Both the position numbers and the translations under genes were made by a program. The notes under the pieces were generated by a model. That model was not told the origin of the DNA, did not search any database, and saw nothing but the letters and a program-made list of their open reading frames with translations. DNA of 64,000 nt, from positions 16,738 through 80,737 of the forward strand of contig CAZFQP010000003.1 in the NCBI GenBank assembly GCA_964520505.1, given 5' to 3'. Within the stretch, counting starts at the first letter, position 1. Each line of letters begins with the position of its first letter. Positions 1-7,924 of the stretch are shown here, piece after piece. The stretch comes from an uncultured Candidatus Saccharibacteria bacterium (GTDB taxonomy: Bacteria; Patescibacteriota; Doudnabacteria; UBA920).

Positions 1-1157
1 TTTTGTAAAAAATTTACAGAAAAATCTCTCTACACCCTAGGGGGTTTAGGAATAATGAGGCTAAGAATGATCGCAGATACGCAGATTGCGCGGATATCGC
101 TGTTTGATGTAGATTGATTGAAAGTCATAGTAAAGGTATTTTATCAAAGTATAGGAGATTGTCAAATGTTTAAAGGGGTAGGGGACGGCCGGTATATGGG
201 CCGTCCCCGGTGTTGTGGTTTACCCGCGCGAGCCGGGCAAGGGCGGTGGGTTGTGGTAAACCGTCCGTGCCGGCGGCGCAATTCCTTGCGGGTTTGCCGC
301 CTCAAGCTGCCTGTTGCAGTAGGAACACCTGTGGTTCATTTGAACCCAGTGCTCAGGAGTACTGTTCCCGCAGTCATGATGTGGGCACTTTACCATTGTC
401 TCTGTCTGAGACGTTTTGGTTGTCATTCTGGACCTCCTTTTGTCCTGATGGTTTGTGCGGTTTTGGCCGCTCTTTAGAATCGCGCGTCACGGAAACTATT
501 GCATCGCCGTAACGAAAGATTACCGTTATTGGTTTTTTTGAACCTTCTTCCATTTCCGCCCTCCGAATCAGTCAGGATTTTTCCTGAATAAATCGCAAAG
601 TAAAAATTTAGGGATTTAAAAAAACCTCCCGGCTTGGGAGGTTAGGTATAACTTTTAGGTTAACGCTAACATATATTCCCAAACCGAACTAAGGACTTCT
701 TGGTAGTCTTAATCATAACCTTAGTAATTTGGGAGGCAATGTATTGCATTTGTGTTAATATAATTGATTTCTTAAAAATTGTCAAAATAAAATGTGGAAA
801 AGTTTTGGCCGCGCGGAAGTTTTGTTGTCCTTCCGCGCGGGTCACTAATCGCCATCATAATTGTGCCTCGGAGGTCGAGGCTCAGTTGGGACGTCCCGGC
901 AAAATAGGTGAACGGCCGTGGGCCTTTCTGTTGGTTCCTTGATCGGATTTCCCAAACAGTCGAATTTGAGCTCAAACCATGAGCTCTCATCGCATACGCT
1001 TAGGACTTCCAAAAAAATGCCGTTTAGGTAGAAGTGTACTCTAACCACCTCATCCTCCTTTTCTGGTCAGAATTTTCGTTAAGTCTATTGGTTTTTAGGC
1101 TTTTTGTCAATTGGCCAAGGATGTAGTAAAATAGTGGAGCAAGTAATCTAACTTAAA

Positions 1158-1625
1158 ATGGAAAAACCAAGAAACAACAATATTTCCTGGGATGAGTGCC
1201 TTATGCGCATGGCCAGGCTAATTGCCCAGCGCTCCAAAGACCCTTCTACCCAAGCAGGAGCGGTTATTGTAGACGAAAATAACGTTATTTACGGGTTGGG
1301 GTATAATGGGTTTCCCCGCGGGATAGATTCGGAAAGTCTGCCGTGGGATCGCGAAGGGGATTTTTTAAATACCAAGTATGCGTATGTTTGCCACGCGGAA
1401 GAAAATGCCGTATATAATGCCAACGGACCCGTAAAAAATTGTAAAATTTATTGCACCTTGTTTCCCTGCAACGAATGCGCCAAAACTTTAATCCAAAATG
1501 GGGTAAAAGAAGTTATTTTTGAAAGTGATAAATATCATAACGTCCCTGCCTTTGAAGCTTCTCGCAAGTTATTAGATTTAGCCGGTGTAAAATATCGGCA
1601 GTACGTTTCAGAAGAAACAAAATAA
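1158..1625 (+). CDS. dCMP deaminase (deoxycytidylate deaminase; cytidine/deoxycytidylate deaminase zinc-binding fold)
   Basis: Translation has the CHAEENA and PCNECAK zinc-ligand motifs typical of dCMP deaminases/ComEB; ~155 aa. Confidence 0.85.
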   Translation: MEKPRNNNISWDECLMRMARLIAQRSKDPSTQAGAVIVDENNVIYGLGYNGFPRGIDSESLPWDREGDFLNTKYAYVCHAEENAVYNANGPVKNCKIYCTLFPCNECAKTLIQNGVKEVIFESDKYHNVPAFEASRKLLDLAGVKYRQYVSEETK

Positions 1626-1635
1626 TTCATATATT

Positions 1636-2187
1636 ATGAATGCAAAAATAATTTTAGCGGTAGTTGGTTTGGCCGGTGCCGGCAAAACCGAAACTACGGA
1701 ATATTTAATAAAACAAACCGGTTGGTCAAAGGTTTATTTTGGCCAAGTAGTTATGGACGAGGTGGCCAAGCGGGGACTGGAAGTCAACGAGGCAAATGAA
1801 AGATTAGTGCGGGAAGAATTGCGCGCAACGCACGGAATGGCGGCTATGGCCATTTTAAGCATTCCTAAAATTAAAGAACTTTTTGCCACGGGGAGCGTGA
1901 TATTGGAAAGTATGTATTCCTGGGAAGAATATCTGGCTTTAAAAGAAGCTTTTGGCGAAAGTTTTAAAGTTCTGGCAATTTTTTCTTCTCCGCAAACCAG
2001 AACCGCTCGGATGATTAATCGCCCCACTAGGCCCCTGACCCCCGAGCTTTTACAATCCAGGGACTATTCACAAATCGAAAATCTGCACCAGGCCGGACCA
2101 ATTGCCAGAGCAGATTGGACTATTGTTAACGAAGGAAGCAAAGAAGAACTATACAATAATCTCGAGGAGATTATTGGGAATTTATAA
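1636..2187 (+). CDS. P-loop nucleoside/nucleotide kinase-like protein (paralog 1); possible (d)NMP kinase
   Basis: Walker A GLAGAGKT near N-terminus; ~180 aa; C-terminus (EELYNNLEEIIGNL) homologous to the ORF at 2739; lies inside the dTTP cluster. Confidence 0.5.
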   Translation: MNAKIILAVVGLAGAGKTETTEYLIKQTGWSKVYFGQVVMDEVAKRGLEVNEANERLVREELRATHGMAAMAILSIPKIKELFATGSVILESMYSWEEYLALKEAFGESFKVLAIFSSPQTRTARMINRPTRPLTPELLQSRDYSQIENLHQAGPIARADWTIVNEGSKEELYNNLEEIIGNL

Positions 2188-2273
2188 GATTTAAAAGAAT
2201 GACATGATTGACAAGAATGGTTGCGAAAATCTTGCTCAATCTTTTAATTCATTTAAATCATGTCAATAAATTT
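2188..2273 (+). promoter_or_regulatory. Conserved ~85-bp intergenic module copy 1: TTGACAAGAAT..inverted repeat..TTTAATTCATTTAAAT..TTGTCAATAAATT (putative promoter plus operator)
   Basis: ~85% identical to 3310-3406; contains -35-like TTGACA/TTGTCA hexamers and a degenerate 11-bp inverted repeat. Confidence 0.5.
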
Positions 2274-2714
2274 ATGCTTGTAAAAATTAAACGCCTGGAT
2301 CCATCTATAGAATTGCCAAAATACCACACCTCAGAGTCGGCTGGTTTTGATATTGCCTCAAATGTTGATGTTGTAGTAGACCCTGGTCAGGTCGCCAAAA
2401 TACCCACCGGATTGGTAATTGCCGCTCCCAGCGGCCATTTTTTGCTCATATCAGCCCGCAGCAGCCTAGCTCTTAAAAAGGGTCTGAATATGGCCAATGG
2501 GGTTGGTATAATAGACCCAGACTATGCCGGTCCGAACGACCAGATCCACATTATAGTTCACAATTTTACCAACCAGCCGGTGGAGGTGAAAAAAGGCGAA
2601 CGTTTGGCGCAGGGAATATTTTTGCCGGCAGAGCAAGCTGTTTGGGAAGAAGTCGACCAACTGAGAGAGAATGACAGGGGAGGAGTGGGATCTACCGGAG
2701 GGTATAAGGATTGA
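2274..2714 (+). CDS. dut: dUTP diphosphatase (dUTPase)
   Basis: All dUTPase motifs present: SAGFDI, GLVIAAPSG, ARSSLA, GIIDPDY, RGGVGSTG. The ORF-track start at 2208 runs into the conserved intergenic repeat; ATG at 2274 (MLVKIKRL) preferred. Confidence 0.9.
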   Translation: MLVKIKRLDPSIELPKYHTSESAGFDIASNVDVVVDPGQVAKIPTGLVIAAPSGHFLLISARSSLALKKGLNMANGVGIIDPDYAGPNDQIHIIVHNFTNQPVEVKKGERLAQGIFLPAEQAVWEEVDQLRENDRGGVGSTGGYKD

Positions 2715-2738
2715 CCAAAAATGACCAAAATTTAAAAA

Positions 2739-3326
2739 TTGACCAAAAATAATATGCAGGAAACAGAACACAAAAAAAATATTATTGGTTTGGTGGGTGA
2801 AAAGCTTGCCGGTAAGGACACCGCTGCCAATTATCTGGTGAAAAAATACGGCGCCGGACATTTTCGGTTTACCCATATTTTGGACGCGATATTGGAAGAT
2901 TTAGATATGCCCATTTCCAGAAAGAACGAAATTGATTTAGGCTTGTCATTGCGCAAAATTTTTGGCGCTCATGTTTTGGTGGATGCTCTGGGGCATCGCG
3001 TAAGTAAATCTTGGGAAAACTTAATTGTGGTCAATGGCATTCGTATGGACGAGTTGGATGTAGTAAAAGGTTGGGAAGCAAAAATTATTTATATTACCGC
3101 GCCGGTTGAGCTGCGTTTTGAGCGATACAATATGCGCCATGAAAAAGACGACGACGGAGTTATGGATATAAATGCTTTTAAAGTTCAAGAAACCGGCCCG
3201 ACCGAAGCCGCCATTCCCGAGCTCGGCAAACAGGCGGATTTTAGAATCGATAATGTCGGCAGTTTAGAGGAGTTGTATAAGAAAGTTGATGGAATCATTG
3301 AAAATTTAAAAGATTTAAAAGAATGA
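2739..3326 (+). CDS. P-loop nucleoside/nucleotide kinase-like protein (paralog 2)
   Basis: P-loop GEKLAGKDT; C-terminus SLEELYKKVDGIIENL homologous to paralog 1; same position relative to the repeated intergenic module. Confidence 0.5.
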   Translation: MTKNNMQETEHKKNIIGLVGEKLAGKDTAANYLVKKYGAGHFRFTHILDAILEDLDMPISRKNEIDLGLSLRKIFGAHVLVDALGHRVSKSWENLIVVNGIRMDELDVVKGWEAKIIYITAPVELRFERYNMRHEKDDDGVMDINAFKVQETGPTEAAIPELGKQADFRIDNVGSLEELYKKVDGIIENLKDLKE

Positions 3327-3406
3327 CATGATTGACAAGAATAGCTGCAGAAATTCTTGTCAATTGTTTAATTCATTTAAATGTTGTCAATAAATTTATT
3401 ATTTTT
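3310..3406 (+). promoter_or_regulatory. Conserved intergenic module copy 2 with perfect 11-bp inverted repeat TTGACAAGAAT-N10-ATTCTTGTCAA
   Basis: Direct comparison with 2188-2273; palindrome with 11-bp arms typical of a dimeric HTH repressor operator overlapping -35-like hexamers. Confidence 0.5.
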
Positions 3407-4153
3407 ATGAGTTTATTAAAATTTGGAAAATCCAAAAAGAATAAGAACGAACAACAACCGTCCAAAGGTCGTTTTATTGTTATTGATGGTACGGATGGTA
3501 GCGGTAAGGCCACGCAAACTAATTTGCTCGTGGAAGAGTTAAAGTTGGGAGGCTATGAAGTGGAAATGACAGATTTTCCTCAGTATGGGACAAAATCCGC
3601 AGGGCTGATTGAAGAATATTTAAACGGCAAATACGGACAGGTTGGTCCGGAGGCGGCGTCAATTTTTTACGCAATTGACAGGTTTGATGCTTCATTTAAA
3701 ATTCGCGAGTGGTTGGCTGCCGGAAAGATTGTTATTTCCAATCGTTACGTTACCGCCAACGCCGGACATCAAGGCGGAAAAATTGCCGATGATATGGATC
3801 GGTTAAAGTACTTTAAATGGCTGGATAATTTGGAATACAACATTTTTAACATCCCCAAACCGGATTTAAATATTATTTTGCATATGCCCGCGGAAATGGC
3901 GCAGGAGCTGGTGGATAAAAAATCCGCGGACGTCAGGGGTTATGCCAATGGTAAAAAAAGAGACTTGCATGAAGCCGATTTGAATCATTTGAAAAATGCC
4001 GAAAAAGTTTACTTGGAAATTGCCAAGCTTTTCCCTAACACCAAGCTGGTGGAATGCGTAACCAACGGTAAACTGCAGTCGCCCGCCGAAGTCCATAATA
4101 AAGTTTGGGAACTGGTTCGGAGAATAGCGTTAAAAGATATTAAACCAAAATAA
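3407..4153 (+). CDS. tmk: thymidylate kinase (dTMP kinase)
   Basis: FIVIDGTDGSGKATQ P-loop and DRY/lid region typical of Tmk; start moved to ATG 3407 (MSLLKFGK) because the upstream part of the track ORF is the intergenic repeat. Confidence 0.85.
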   Translation: MSLLKFGKSKKNKNEQQPSKGRFIVIDGTDGSGKATQTNLLVEELKLGGYEVEMTDFPQYGTKSAGLIEEYLNGKYGQVGPEAASIFYAIDRFDASFKIREWLAAGKIVISNRYVTANAGHQGGKIADDMDRLKYFKWLDNLEYNIFNIPKPDLNIILHMPAEMAQELVDKKSADVRGYANGKKRDLHEADLNHLKNAEKVYLEIAKLFPNTKLVECVTNGKLQSPAEVHNKVWELVRRIALKDIKPK

Positions 4154-4226
4154 TTGTTATTATAAAAGAGTAATTAATGACACATCAGCGCATTCCGCGC
4201 AGTCTGTGTGTCCGTGAGAAAATTTT

Positions 4227-5156
4227 ATGAAAGTATACCATGATCTTCTACAAAAATTATTGGATGACGGCGTACAAAAAGACGACCGCACCGGTGTAGG
4301 CACGCGCAGTGTTTTTGGCTATCAAATGCGGGTAGATTTAGCCAAAGGCTTTCCGCTGCTCACAACCAAAAAAGTAAACCTTAAAGCGGTAATTATCGAA
4401 CTATTATGGTTTTTAAAAGGGGAGACTAATATTCGTTTTTTGGTGCAAAATGACGTAAAAATTTGGAATGAGTGGGCTTACCAAATTTATTTGGAACAGG
4501 AGTATTTGTTGGAAAAGTATCCGCGCTATTCGCCGGAGTGGAAGGCTCATATGCTGGAGTTTGTGGAAAAAATTAAGGCTGACGATGAATTTGCTAAAAA
4601 GTACGGCGAACTGGGCCCTATTTACGGCAAGCAGTGGCGCCGCTGGGCAGGCCCGAATGGCGAGGAAATCGACCAGGTACAAAACATTATAGATTTAATT
4701 AATCAAGACCCGACTTCCCGTCGCATCATCATCAGCGGTTGGAACGTTGGCGAGATTCAGGAATTAATCCGCAATCATCACCACGCCCCGCCGCCTTGCC
4801 ACACTTTATTTCAGTTTATGGTCATTGACGGCAAGTTGTCTTGCCAGCTATATCAACGCAGCGCCGACGCGTTTTTAGGAGTACCGTTTAACATCGCTTC
4901 TTATGCTTTGTTTACTATGATGCTGGCGCAGGTTACGGGTTTGCAGCCCGGCGAGTTTATTCATACTTTCGGCGACTTGCATATTTATAATAATCATAAA
5001 GAGCAGGTTAAAGAGCAATTGTCGCGCGAACCCAGAGCTTTGCCGACTATGAAGCTAAACCCTGCGGTTAAAAATATTTTTGACTTTAAATACGAAGATT
5101 TTACTTTGGAAGGCTACAATCCTTACCCGCCAATTAAAGCGCCGATTGCCGTCTAA
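4227..5156 (+). CDS. thyA: thymidylate synthase (ThyA type, long form)
   Basis: dUMP-binding and catalytic region ([11 protein letters not shown] with Cys nucleophile); N-terminal [11 protein letters not shown]; 309 aa. Confidence 0.92.
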   Translation: MKVYHDLLQKLLDDGVQKDDRTGVGTRSVFGYQMRVDLAKGFPLLTTKKVNLKAVIIELLWFLKGETNIRFLVQNDVKIWNEWAYQIYLEQEYLLEKYPRYSPEWKAHMLEFVEKIKADDEFAKKYGELGPIYGKQWRRWAGPNGEEIDQVQNIIDLINQDPTSRRIIISGWNVGEIQELIRNHHHAPPPCHTLFQFMVIDGKLSCQLYQRSADAFLGVPFNIASYALFTMMLAQVTGLQPGEFIHTFGDLHIYNNHKEQVKEQLSREPRALPTMKLNPAVKNIFDFKYEDFTLEGYNPYPPIKAPIAV

Positions 5157-5162
5157 ATACTA

Positions 5163-5236
5163 AAACACTAAATTACTAAATCTGCGGTTTTCGTATTTTC
5201 GATTATTTCGTATTTAGTAGAAATTGTTACAAACAA
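5163..5236. repeat. Nested-palindrome intergenic element (TACTAAAT...TTTCGTATTTAGTAGAA family) immediately upstream of folA start
   Basis: Arms TACTAAATCTG / CGTATTTAGTA; same terminal motif TTTCGTATTTAGTAGAA recurs at 26262-26288. Confidence 0.55.
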
Positions 5237-5237
5237 T

Positions 5238-5714
5238 ATGATTGCAATAATTGCCGCCGTGGCGGAAAATAATGTTATAGGCGTAAAAAACGGCTTGCCC
5301 TGGAATTTGCCCGAAGACTTAAAACATTTTAAGCAAATTACTATGGGTAAAACCGTGCTAATGGGACGAAATACTTTTTTGTCCATTATGGAGATTTTAA
5401 AAAAGCCCTTTCCCGGCCGGGTAAATGTAGTAATCAGTAACAACCCCGAAGACAAAGTTCCGGAAGGAGTTTTGCTGTATCACGATTTGGAGAAAGCCTT
5501 GCAGGATCTTTCCGGCAAGGAAGTGTTTGTGGCCGGCGGCGCGATGATTTTTTCACAAATGATTAACCGCGTGGATAAATTATATATTACTCATATTCAT
5601 AAAGCCTACGACGGCGACGTAAAATTTCCGGAAATTAGCCCAGCAGTGTGGAATAAAACCAAAGAAGAACCGCACGAAGGCTTCACCTTTACTGAGTACG
5701 AAAGGGTAAAATAA
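5238..5714 (+). CDS. folA: dihydrofolate reductase
   Basis: MIAIIAAVAENNVIGVKNGLPWNLPEDLKHFKQITMGKTVLMGRNTF matches the DHFR N-terminal signature; 158 aa. Confidence 0.9.
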   Translation: MIAIIAAVAENNVIGVKNGLPWNLPEDLKHFKQITMGKTVLMGRNTFLSIMEILKKPFPGRVNVVISNNPEDKVPEGVLLYHDLEKALQDLSGKEVFVAGGAMIFSQMINRVDKLYITHIHKAYDGDVKFPEISPAVWNKTKEEPHEGFTFTEYERVK

Positions 5715-5736
5715 TTTGATACAAAATAAATAGCAG

Positions 5737-5764
5737 GAGACCGGGAGGTCTCCTGCAGAGCGAG
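5737..5764. terminator. Bidirectional hairpin GCAGGAGACCGGGAGGTCTCCTGC between folA and the convergent small gene
   Basis: Perfect 9-bp GC-rich stem; located between convergent gene ends. Confidence 0.6.
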
Positions 5765-5774
5765 CGGTAAGTGC

Positions 5775-6032
5775 TTACCGCTTTTTGAAGTGTTTGGCGA
5801 CCCCCATCACCAGTACGGTGATGGCAATCAGCACTATTCCGATTGCAAACGGTCGGAGTATCATAACTCCGAGTGTGTTGGCTGCACATGCTTCGGCTCC
5901 TTTGCAAGCGCCGGTTACATTTCGTACCAGCAAAAGTTCAATCGCCGCAGCCAGCAGTAATAATGGTCCTACAATTTTCATAAACCCCCCTGTGATTTGT
6001 TCATCAAGAGCTACATCCTTACTCTTGACCAT
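5775..6032 (-). CDS. small integral membrane protein (2 TM), hypothetical
   Basis: 85-aa ORF with two hydrophobic helices and a charged C-terminus; function unknown. Confidence 0.45.
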   Translation of the reverse strand: MVKSKDVALDEQITGGFMKIVGPLLLLAAAIELLLVRNVTGACKGAEACAANTLGVMILRPFAIGIVLIAITVLVMGVAKHFKKR

Positions 6033-6084
6033 ACATTTTTACAAAAAATGACAACAATGTCCATACTTGTAAAAAAGCGGGGTA

Positions 6085-6113
6085 TTGACATTTGGTAAAA
6101 TGTAGTGTATAAT
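6085..6113 (+). promoter_or_regulatory. Consensus sigma70-type promoter TTGACA-17-TATAAT
   Basis: Exact TTGACA at 6085-6090, 17-bp spacer, exact TATAAT at 6108-6113. Confidence 0.7.
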
Positions 6114-6133
6114 ATTCATTTTTTCAGAGTTTC

Positions 6134-6170
6134 AGAGGGGCACCCTCTGGAAGAGGGTGCCCCTCTTTTC
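6134..6170 (+). terminator. Leader hairpin (15-bp perfect stem AGAGGGGCACCCTCT/AGAGGGTGCCCCTCT, 3-nt loop) + TTTT, ~20 nt after the predicted TSS: attenuator or ~40-nt sRNA
   Basis: Seen directly; intrinsic-terminator geometry inside a 5' leader. Confidence 0.55.
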
Positions 6171-6228
6171 ATAGAGCTGATTTTCTGATAAAATAGGTTA
6201 GCTCTGGCTTTCTTTTCGCCGGGTTCTT

Positions 6229-6636
6229 ATGGTGAAGAGTAAGCCGTATTCTCTTAAACTTGGGCAACAGCTTAACTTGCACCTCAAACAGCAAGCCAAG
6301 CTGGACAGCCGGCATCTTTCCGAGCAAATTCTGTATTTGCTGGAAGTGATGATTGCTGTTGCCAAACAGTCAAAAAATTTCCGGGTCAAACCGGAAAAAC
6401 AAGAGAGAATTGCGCAGAACTTAGGCGCAAAGTGTGATCTTCCGGAATGGCTGGATCTTGAAACGTTCAGCCTGGCGGGAGATTACGGCCTTACCCAGCA
6501 ACAGCTCATTCGAGCTCTTCTATGGATGGGTCTGGAGTTGGCCGAACAGCTCTGCCCTAAGGGGCAGACACTCAGAAAGGAGGAATTTGCCGGACTGATT
6601 TTGGAGCGGATCCATCAGCCGGCGCTTATCCAGTAA
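6229..6636 (+). CDS. hypothetical protein, N-terminus resembles a ribbon-helix-helix (CopG/Arc-like) DNA-binding fold; GC-richer than neighbours
   Basis: N-terminal pattern KPYSLKLGQQLNLHLKQQAKLDSRHLSEQILYLLE (beta-strand then two helices); own promoter and own terminator. Confidence 0.35.
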   Translation: MVKSKPYSLKLGQQLNLHLKQQAKLDSRHLSEQILYLLEVMIAVAKQSKNFRVKPEKQERIAQNLGAKCDLPEWLDLETFSLAGDYGLTQQQLIRALLWMGLELAEQLCPKGQTLRKEEFAGLILERIHQPALIQ

Positions 6637-6656
6637 AATAAAATGGAAACATCAAG

Positions 6657-6709
6657 TGGGGGCGACAGACGGACTTTCGCGGTTTAGCTGTCGCCCCTTA
6701 AATTTTTTT
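6657..6709 (+). terminator. Rho-independent terminator GGGGGCGACAG...CTGTCGCCCC + T-run
   Basis: 11-bp GC stem followed by TTAAATTTTTTT. Confidence 0.65.
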
Positions 6710-6727
6710 AATGCTATAATTACAGTA

Positions 6728-7822
6728 ATGAATGAACTTATAAAACGGCTGGAGAATCTTAAAACCTCCATTCTAAATTTACAATCCAGTTTAAATTTGC
6801 CGCAAAAAGAGCAGCGGATTTTGGAATTGGAAGATAAAATGCAAGCAGCGGATTTTTGGGCCGATAACCAGACAGCACAAAAAATTTCCCAGGAGCATAA
6901 TCAATTAAAAAAGTTTTATGATTTTTGGGTTAGCCTGGGCAAACAAACCGAAGAGGTTTTGGAATTAGTTAAACACAATCAGGACGAGTCGGACGAAACA
7001 AAAAGTTATTTGGAAAAACAAGCGGACGATTTGGAAGAGGAGTATAAAAAACACAGGTTTGTGGCTCTGTTGTCTAAAAAGTATGACGACCATAACGCGA
7101 TTTTTTCTTTGCATTCCGGCGCCGGAGGAGTAGACGCGCAAGACTGGGCGGATATGCTGCTGAGAATGTTTTTGCGCTACGCGGAAAAGCAGGGTTTTAG
7201 CACGGAAATTTTGGAACTGTCCCGCGGTGAGCAAGGAGGTTTGAAAACTTGTGTGGTGGAAGTACGCGGGCCTTATGCTTATGGGCTGTTTAAAAGTGAA
7301 GCCGGCGTGCATCGCTTAGTTCGTTTGTCGCCGTTTAATCCTGCCCACACGCGCGAGACTTCTTTTGCCCTGCTGGAGCTGCTGCCGCTTTTGGAAGAGC
7401 AGGAAGAAATGAAAATTGACCCGAAAGATTTGAAAATTGAAGCCAATACTGCTTCCGGCCACGGCGGGCAATCGGTTAATACCACTTATTCCGCCATTCG
7501 CATTACGCATATCCCGTCAGGAATAAAGGTGAGCATTCAAAACGAGCGTTCCCAGCACCAGAACCGGGAAATAGCAATGAAGATTTTAACCGCCAAACTA
7601 AAAACTCTGGAAGAAGAAAGATTGCAAAAAGAAAAACAGGACATTCGCGGCGAATTTAAGTCCGCGGAGTGGGGGAATCAGATCCGCTCTTATGTCCTAC
7701 ATCCTTACAAAATGGTTAAAGACCACCGGACTGGAATGGAAACTTCCGATCCCGAGAGCGTGCTGAACGGAGAACTTAGTGAATTTGTGGAAAGTTATTT
7801 GGAACACTTCGCCTCAAAATAA
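6728..7822 (+). CDS. prfB: peptide chain release factor 2
   Basis: SPF tripeptide motif (RF2-specific) and GGQ motif; start set at MNELIKRL (ATG 6728); continuous frame, no programmed +1 frameshift site. Confidence 0.9.
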   Translation: MNELIKRLENLKTSILNLQSSLNLPQKEQRILELEDKMQAADFWADNQTAQKISQEHNQLKKFYDFWVSLGKQTEEVLELVKHNQDESDETKSYLEKQADDLEEEYKKHRFVALLSKKYDDHNAIFSLHSGAGGVDAQDWADMLLRMFLRYAEKQGFSTEILELSRGEQGGLKTCVVEVRGPYAYGLFKSEAGVHRLVRLSPFNPAHTRETSFALLELLPLLEEQEEMKIDPKDLKIEANTASGHGGQSVNTTYSAIRITHIPSGIKVSIQNERSQHQNREIAMKILTAKLKTLEEERLQKEKQDIRGEFKSAEWGNQIRSYVLHPYKMVKDHRTGMETSDPESVLNGELSEFVESYLEHFASK

Positions 7823-7837
7823 AAAATCTGGTATAAT

Positions 7838-7912
7838 GATTTTACGAAGTACGAATGAAGCGAACTTACGAAACTAGCACGTGTGCAAATTCGTAAGTTG
7901 TAAATATTCGTA
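7838..7912. repeat. Palindromic intergenic element, TTTTACGAAGTACGAAT...CGAACTTACGAA...ATTCGTAAGTT family (copy 1, partly degenerate), preceded by TATAAT
   Basis: Shares arms with copies at 25553-25638 and 26857-26943; sits immediately upstream of ftsE start. Confidence 0.6.
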
Positions 7913-7924
7913 TTGGTAAAGATT

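Noticed and set aside
118-1048. Track ORFs 118-477, 210-512, 220-426(-), 700-942, 772-990(-), 845-1048(-) as genes
   Set aside because: They lie in GC-rich hairpin-dense DNA and translate to Arg/Pro/Cys/Gly-rich low-complexity sequences with no motif. More likely structured noncoding DNA.
2208-2273. N-terminal extensions of dut (from 2208) and tmk (from 3332) given in the ORF track
   Set aside because: Both extensions are the two copies of the conserved intergenic module (MTRMVAKILLNLLIHLNHVNKF / MTRIAAEILVNCLIHLNVVNKF are translations of the same noncoding repeat). Conserved protein N-termini begin at 2274 and 3407.
6656-6727. RF2 programmed frameshift, and the track start at 6656 for prfB
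   Set aside because: The frame is continuous from ATG 6728, with no CUU UGA shift site. The 6656 extension overlaps the preceding terminator hairpin.
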